Source: Candidatus Babeliales bacterium
GTDB taxonomy: Bacteria; Babelota; Babeliae; Babelales; JANWKD01
DNA: 64,000 bases
Reading direction: 5' to 3'
NCBI GenBank assembly: GCA_963722075.1
Contig: CAVRJM010000001.1
Location: 128,001 to 192,000 of the forward strand
The translations under genes and the position numbers were made by a program. Within the stretch, counting starts at the first letter, position 1; every line of letters starts with the position of its first letter. A model generated the notes under the pieces. That model was not told the origin of the DNA, did no database searches, and saw nothing but the letters and a program-made list of their open reading frames with translations. This document shows, in pieces, positions 58,559 to 64,000 of the stretch.

Positions 58559-59809
58559 TTATTCGTATTCTTCTTCTTGATTAATTTGAGCATACAATTC
58601 ACATGCCTTTTTAGTTAAATTATCTTTATTATCTTTATACTCATTTTTAGATGAAAAATAATGAGATATAATAGCTTCAAATCCAACATCAATATTAATG
58701 GGCGCTCTTTTTTCGCGTACTTCGATGGTTCTGACGGGGGTAACACTCACTAGATGCAATGCATGGTTACATGCTTGAATAACTTTTTGTAAATCAACCG
58801 TATCTTTAGTTTGATCAGGAACATAATAGATAATTTTCACAATGGCATCAGCAATATCATACTGCTGAATTGCTTCAATAATTTGATAGGTCTGATCCAA
58901 ATTCGGTTTTAAGCGAATCTCTATTTGCAAAAACGGGCGTATGGGTGTCTTAATAAATTCATGTGTAGTTACGTTTTTTTCTTTAATAGTAACGGAACAA
59001 AACCCTTTTTCTTCTTTGCGTTCGCCAAAATCAATGCGTTCAATAGATCCGGAATATATAATAGCCGGATATCCCTCAGGATTAAGATTTTGATAACGAT
59101 GTAAATGTCCTAAGGCAACATAATCAAATGGTTCAATAGCTAATTGAGATGGTAGTAAAATAGGATCAGTGCCATAAATAGCGCGTTTTTCTGAGCCCGA
59201 AAAAATCCCTGAACTTACCGTTAGATGACCTGCCAGCACGGCCGGGATGGTTGGATCAAGTTCTTGTGCCAGATTGTTAATAATAGTGCTCACTGATTGT
59301 GAAATATAATCAGTAAGCACGGTGTTCGATTTATATGCATGAGTGTTATTCATTGCAATATTAGTTCTACTGGGCCACGGGATACCAACAATCTGAACAG
59401 GACCGCTTTTGGTTGGTAATGTTATCCAGGATGGTTTTGCAAATACATGAAACCCTTGCACGGGGAGCTCACCAAAGATATCAAGGGTGGTGGCTTTACC
59501 AAAACTTAACGGGTTATCATGATTACCAACCACAATAATAATGGGGATTCCTGCTTTATATAAACGTAAAAAGCAGCGCATTAAGAGCCGCTGCTGCGTG
59601 GGGCTTGGATTGATTGTTTTATATGCATCACCCGAAAACAGAAAAAAATCAAAAGCATGATCAATGGTGTAATCGATGCAAAAATTAAGCGCCTTTTCAA
59701 AATCTAATAAGCGTGTATGGATTCCTGTTTTGGCATCGATCTTACCATAATTTTCCATACCAAAATGGATATCGGCAGTGTGAATAAATCGTATCCCATT
59801 ACGATCCAT
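58559..59809 (-). CDS. sbcD: SbcD/Mre11 nuclease subunit
   Basis: HTADIHFG, SGD, GNHD, ALGHLH, YSGSIERIDFGE. Confidence 0.93.
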   Translation of the reverse strand: MDRNGIRFIHTADIHFGMENYGKIDAKTGIHTRLLDFEKALNFCIDYTIDHAFDFFLFSGDAYKTINPSPTQQRLLMRCFLRLYKAGIPIIIVVGNHDNPLSFGKATTLDIFGELPVQGFHVFAKPSWITLPTKSGPVQIVGIPWPSRTNIAMNNTHAYKSNTVLTDYISQSVSTIINNLAQELDPTIPAVLAGHLTVSSGIFSGSEKRAIYGTDPILLPSQLAIEPFDYVALGHLHRYQNLNPEGYPAIIYSGSIERIDFGERKEEKGFCSVTIKEKNVTTHEFIKTPIRPFLQIEIRLKPNLDQTYQIIEAIQQYDIADAIVKIIYYVPDQTKDTVDLQKVIQACNHALHLVSVTPVRTIEVREKRAPINIDVGFEAIISHYFSSKNEYKDNKDNLTKKACELYAQINQEEEYE

Positions 59810-61245
59810 TATGTTCCTTCAATGGATTTTGCGGTTTTGGTGGCGGCAATAAATGGAGAACGGGCTGTTCGCTCTTTTATTTTTTTAGCATATCCTTCTT
59901 TATTTATTTGCCGAGCGCGGCCGATTGCTAGGGTTGCTGGTGGAATATGGTTGGTAATAACAGAACCTGCTGCGGTGTAGCTTTCTTTTTCTATAGTTAC
60001 CGGAGCAACAAGTGTGTTGTTACTGCCAATAAATACCTGATCTTTAATAATGGTAGCATGTTTGTTAACACCATCATAATTACAGGTGATAGTGCCAGCA
60101 CCTATATTGACCTTATTGCCAATAGTTGCATTACCCAAAAAAGAAAGATGTTTTGCTTTACTGTGTTTGCCCACCGTGCTCTTTTTTACTTGTACAAAAT
60201 TGCCAATAACTGAATGCTCTTCAATGGTTGTTGATCCTTCAATATGCGCAAAAGGGCCAATATGACAATAATCATGAATGGTAGAATCAGTAATAACGGA
60301 ATGAGAATAAACAGTAACCTTATTCCCAACTGATGCGTTATTAATAATTGAAAAGGGTTCAATGTTGCAATTGTTGCCAATGCGCGATCCATTAATAATA
60401 TGCACACCGCTACTTATATAGCTTCCCGATCCAATAATTACATCAGTATCAATATGAACATTTTGTGCAGCATAAAAACGTACGCCACGTTCCATCCAGT
60501 AGGTAATTAATGATGAGCGTTTTATTTGCTCAACAGTCCAAAGTTCTTTAAAATCATTAACGCCGCGAATGGTATCAAAAGGTGCATCAATCGTTTTAAC
60601 GATCAGCTGTTGATCGCCAGCAATTTTTATTAAATCAGTAATATATAATTCATTAGTTATCTTGCTCTGTTCAAGCTTATGGATATTATCTTCTAAAAAG
60701 CTTTTTTTAAAGAGGTAAATACCCGCATTAATGCAGCAAGATTCTTCCTTATAATCGGTACGTTCTTTTGCCTCAACAATAGTAATTCTGGTATCTTCTT
60801 TCAGAATGCGCCCATATCCTTTGAGCCCTGGATCAGTATTATGTGCTATAACCAAGGTAACTGCCGCATCTGTAAGTGTATGCGTATCAATTAATTGGGT
60901 GATGAGTTCTTGCGTGATGAGGGGAGTATCGCCATTGAGTACTAATACATATTCGGCATTCCAATTATTTTTCGTGGAATACAATGCATGTCCAGTACCT
61001 TTTTGTTCAGACTGAATTTCAAAATTGATCGTTGTGCCATGCCGTCGGGTGATTATATGTTCTATGGTCTCCCGATCATGGCCCACGACTACGGTAGTAT
61101 CAATATGTAATTTTTCAAGAAGAGTAGTTGCATATAATATCATTTCTTGACCGCAAATTTTTTCCGCTAATTTAGTTTTGCCGGTATTAAAACGTGTTGA
61201 GCGGCCTGCTGCTAAAATGATTGCTTGTACCTTATTTTCTGACAT
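59809..61245 (-). CDS. glmU: Bifunctional GlmU
   Basis: LAAGRSTR, GTGHA, hexapeptide repeats, GAGTITCNYDG; AAGGAG RBS. Confidence 0.96.
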   Translation of the reverse strand: MSENKVQAIILAAGRSTRFNTGKTKLAEKICGQEMILYATTLLEKLHIDTTVVVGHDRETIEHIITRRHGTTINFEIQSEQKGTGHALYSTKNNWNAEYVLVLNGDTPLITQELITQLIDTHTLTDAAVTLVIAHNTDPGLKGYGRILKEDTRITIVEAKERTDYKEESCCINAGIYLFKKSFLEDNIHKLEQSKITNELYITDLIKIAGDQQLIVKTIDAPFDTIRGVNDFKELWTVEQIKRSSLITYWMERGVRFYAAQNVHIDTDVIIGSGSYISSGVHIINGSRIGNNCNIEPFSIINNASVGNKVTVYSHSVITDSTIHDYCHIGPFAHIEGSTTIEEHSVIGNFVQVKKSTVGKHSKAKHLSFLGNATIGNKVNIGAGTITCNYDGVNKHATIIKDQVFIGSNNTLVAPVTIEKESYTAAGSVITNHIPPATLAIGRARQINKEGYAKKIKERTARSPFIAATKTAKSIEGT

Positions 61246-61439
61246 ACAGAGCTCCTTAAATCGTGAACAATTCAATCCCATCATGAGGGGTGCCTAATTT
61301 TGTCCCAGTATACCTGCCATTTTGAATATTTTTAATCCCTTTTTATTTTTTTTGTATGCAATTATTAGATGATACATGGTATAAAAATATAACTGAAAGC
61401 GACTTGAGCAAAGGCTGGATCATAATGATAGTTGTTCCT

Positions 61440-61520
61440 ATTGTTCATTCCGAATGCAGTTTGGGAATCCATTAATAAAATCACTATTGTCATCACGAGC
61501 TTGCGTGGTGATCCATTAAT
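61440..61520. repeat. Tandem GTCAT...ATCCATTAAT palindromic repeats
   Basis: Units match those at 3692-3773. Confidence 0.7.
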
Positions 61521-61543
61521 GAGATTATCATCCTATTTTATAT

Positions 61544-61999
61544 TCAGATTACTTTTGGCTTGTATATCGTAATTTTATTGCCATCAGGATCAAGCGCAAT
61601 AAATGCCCTTTTGCCTTCTATTTCAATTAATGGTTGCAGTATAGGAATTTCCATAGCGATAAAATCTTCATAAGAATTCTCGATCTTGTTAGCACCAAAC
61701 GATAAGTTATAAGTACCCGTGGGTTGCCATTCGTTGGCGGAAAGAGATAAAATTAACTTTCCAAAATCTAATGAAAAAGAAGAAGAAGTTGGTCTTAGAT
61801 TATCAGGTTTTATTCCCAAAATTTTTTCGTAGAAAGCGGTACTTACGTTCACGTTTTTTACATATACCATATCGATATAATGTATGGAAGCTTTTTGTGC
61901 ATTACCCCATACAAGAGTTCCCATTTGTTTATAAAATATAGGTATTAATACCATCATAACAATTTTGAATAATAAAACCTTATCCGGTTCAGATGTCAT
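61544..61999 (-). CDS. VOC/glyoxalase family protein
   Basis: AFYEKILG..DPDGNKI. Confidence 0.85.
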   Translation of the reverse strand: MTSEPDKVLLFKIVMMVLIPIFYKQMGTLVWGNAQKASIHYIDMVYVKNVNVSTAFYEKILGIKPDNLRPTSSSFSLDFGKLILSLSANEWQPTGTYNLSFGANKIENSYEDFIAMEIPILQPLIEIEGKRAFIALDPDGNKITIYKPKVI

Positions 62000-62504
62000 A
62001 TAATAATTTTACTTTCGTGGTAATATTTTCTTTCGAACAATGATCTATTACTAGTTGTCCTCAATACTACCACTTTTATTACACCCATTTTTTCATTTTA
62101 TTGTGATTTGCTCAAATTTCTATTTTAACGTTTAATAATATAGCTTAATTTTTCTCAGTTGTCTCTATGAGAGCTTAATTTAAGACTATAAATAAAAAAA
62201 TGAGAAGTTATTGAAGTTTGCCATAGTATGTTCAACGTAATTATACCAGCGCCTTGTCCGGCATCGCCTTGGCGACGACGGAAAGCTAGGGATGACAGAG
62301 GGAAAAATTTTTACTAGAAGATTCCTTACTTCGCTCAACATACTAGGTTGAGTTATGCTGAAGAAATGAATTGCCTGTTCCGAAATGTCAGGATCAAAGG
62401 TATAAAATAAAAAACAAAATGATATGTTGAAACTACCAAAAATAACTTCTCAAAAAACCAGAATCCTTTATCCTTATGTAATGTATAATAACGGTGAGTT
62501 TTAT

Positions 62505-62597
62505 GGAGAGATGGCTGAGCGGTCGAAAGCGGTTGCCTCGAAAGCGATTATTCTCTAAATAAGGGAATCGAGGGTTCGAATCCCTCTCTCTCCTCCA
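62505..62597 (+). tRNA. tRNA-Ser(CGA)
   Basis: GGAGAGA/TCTCTCC acceptor stem, anticodon loop CT-CGA-AA, long variable arm, GGTTCGAATCC, encoded CCA. Confidence 0.95.
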
Positions 62598-62796
62598 TAC
62601 TTCGCTAAAGCTTCGTATGGCAGGCCAACTTTTTAAATGATTGAAATTAATATAAATAGAATAGTGAAAGCGAAGTATGCCTTCGAAGTTCGTAGGGCTT
62701 ATGAGAATAACGTGAAGATGGATACAACGCTTGGCACGGCTATTTAGAATGATAGAAATTTATTATTAGAGCAATGAAAGAGCGAAGACGGTAATA

Positions 62797-64000
62797 ATGT
62801 TTGTTAAGTATCGAAATTCTTTTTTTATTTTTTTTCTGTTGTGTTTAATCGGTTCCACCAGTAAAGCATGGGTAGCTGATAATCGTTTTTTACCTGAATT
62901 TTATCCGCATGTTAATCATTACAGAACATGGGAATCTCCCTCTACCAGTTATCTTGATGGGCTTTTTATGGTGGGGCATGATGCTTTTGATCATGAGGAC
63001 GATGAAAAAGAGGTGGGCATTTTTGATATATTTGGTAATTATGATGAAAATAAATTAGCACAAGCAATTGTTGCAATTGGGCTCCCCGATCCATTTGATG
63101 CCTTTCCAACATTACAACGATTTCGTGGTCAAGAAATTTTGTGGAATATGGAAAGCAAAATTCAAGCACAAGGTGCGGTATTTCAATTTGAACAACAAGT
63201 ATGGGATTATCTTTGGATAGGCGGTTCATCATTTTTTCTTCATCTATATTCACGCATCAATTTTGAATTAAACCCCCATACCATTAGAACATTATCAATT
63301 AGCCCTGAGGATCAAATAAGCTTAGATCAAATGCGTCGCCTGATGAATGATGAAATTGGCATTTTTCCGCCGGTGGTGAGTAAAGTTGGTTTTTCAGATA
63401 TAGATGTCTATTTGCGCTTAGGCTCTATGTGGGAATACCTGTGTAAATTTAGAAAAGTTGATGCAGGCTTCAGTTTTGGGGGATTAATACCAACCGGTTT
63501 GATGCGTACGATCCAAAATCCTGCTTCTATTCCCATTGGTGGTGATGGGCATTGGGGCGTATATCTTAAAGGAGACCTTGAATTAGAATTAAAAGAAGAT
63601 TGGAAGGCTGGCGCCTGGTTTCGTATTAATAAGCGATTTAAAAAATATAGAACGGAGCGGTTGCAGGTTGTTGATGAGCAGCAACTTTTTGGCGTAGTTC
63701 AAGGCCGTGTTGCCATTAATCCCGGATGGACTTTTCTTTTTGCGCCGTATGGACGATTAGAAAATATCCGTGAAGGATTTGGTCTTGAGTTGGGGTATGT
63801 TATTACGCATCATATGCAGGATGATTGGAAGGATGCACGTGAGGTGCAAATACCAACAGTAAATCTGCAAGAGATTATAAAACGTTCTTCATGGACGTCT
63901 GAATATGTTATGGTTGAAGCATTTTTTGATTCTGCTAGAATTTTACCATCTTATTGTAAAGCACCAATTATATCTTTTAGATGGGATGTACCAATACGAT
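62797..64000 (+). CDS. Partial secreted protein, possible outer-membrane beta-barrel (runs off the window end)
   Basis: Frame open from MFVKYRNSFFIFFLLCLIGSTSKA-WV; alternating aromatic/beta pattern; PIGGDGHWG motif. Confidence 0.7.
   Translation, partial: MFVKYRNSFFIFFLLCLIGSTSKAWVADNRFLPEFYPHVNHYRTWESPSTSYLDGLFMVGHDAFDHEDDEKEVGIFDIFGNYDENKLAQAIVAIGLPDPFDAFPTLQRFRGQEILWNMESKIQAQGAVFQFEQQVWDYLWIGGSSFFLHLYSRINFELNPHTIRTLSISPEDQISLDQMRRLMNDEIGIFPPVVSKVGFSDIDVYLRLGSMWEYLCKFRKVDAGFSFGGLIPTGLMRTIQNPASIPIGGDGHWGVYLKGDLELELKEDWKAGAWFRINKRFKKYRTERLQVVDEQQLFGVVQGRVAINPGWTFLFAPYGRLENIREGFGLELGYVITHHMQDDWKDAREVQIPTVNLQEIIKRSSWTSEYVMVEAFFDSARILPSYCKAPIISFRWDVPIR

Noticed and set aside
428..63253. Numerous short antisense or overlapping ORFs in the track (e.g. 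8753-9199, 23775-24164, 54375-54719, 62966-63253)
   Set aside because: Shadows of longer, well-supported genes

Overview
AT-rich bacterial chromosome segment. Housekeeping genes are scattered rather than in canonical operons: nusB, efp, cysS, bamA, smpB, thyX, rpmA, secF, rho, murB, trhO, pheT, lspA, pgpA, comF, sbcD, glmU and tRNA-Ser(CGA). Many orphan proteins have a signal peptide followed by xM(E/D), and there are ankyrin and Sel1 proteins. This resembles an intracellular protist parasite of the Dependentiae/Babeliae (TM6) type, which is an inference from gene content only. Main highlights: (1) a NIME/RPE/REPIN-like palindromic repeat system, where one copy encloses a (degenerate) GIY-YIG nuclease, four copies enclose only AT-rich spacers, and a second repeat module sits at the same point in several arms; (2) a translationally coupled three-gene operon of large unknown secreted proteins (3824-11888), two of which share hydrophobic helices, coiled coils and a paralogous lectin-like beta-sandwich; (3) a tandem array of about 12 small secreted paralogs behind bamA, with one shared helical motif, module fusion, pseudogenes and an IS200 insertion; (4) a polymorphic nuclease toxin-immunity pair; (5) an IS701/IS4-like element with perfect TIRs and a 6-bp TSD interrupting a gene; (6) a candidate sRNA; (7) a candidate phosphoSer/Thr-lyase-like effector. 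All family assignments come from motif recognition by eye; no searches were run.
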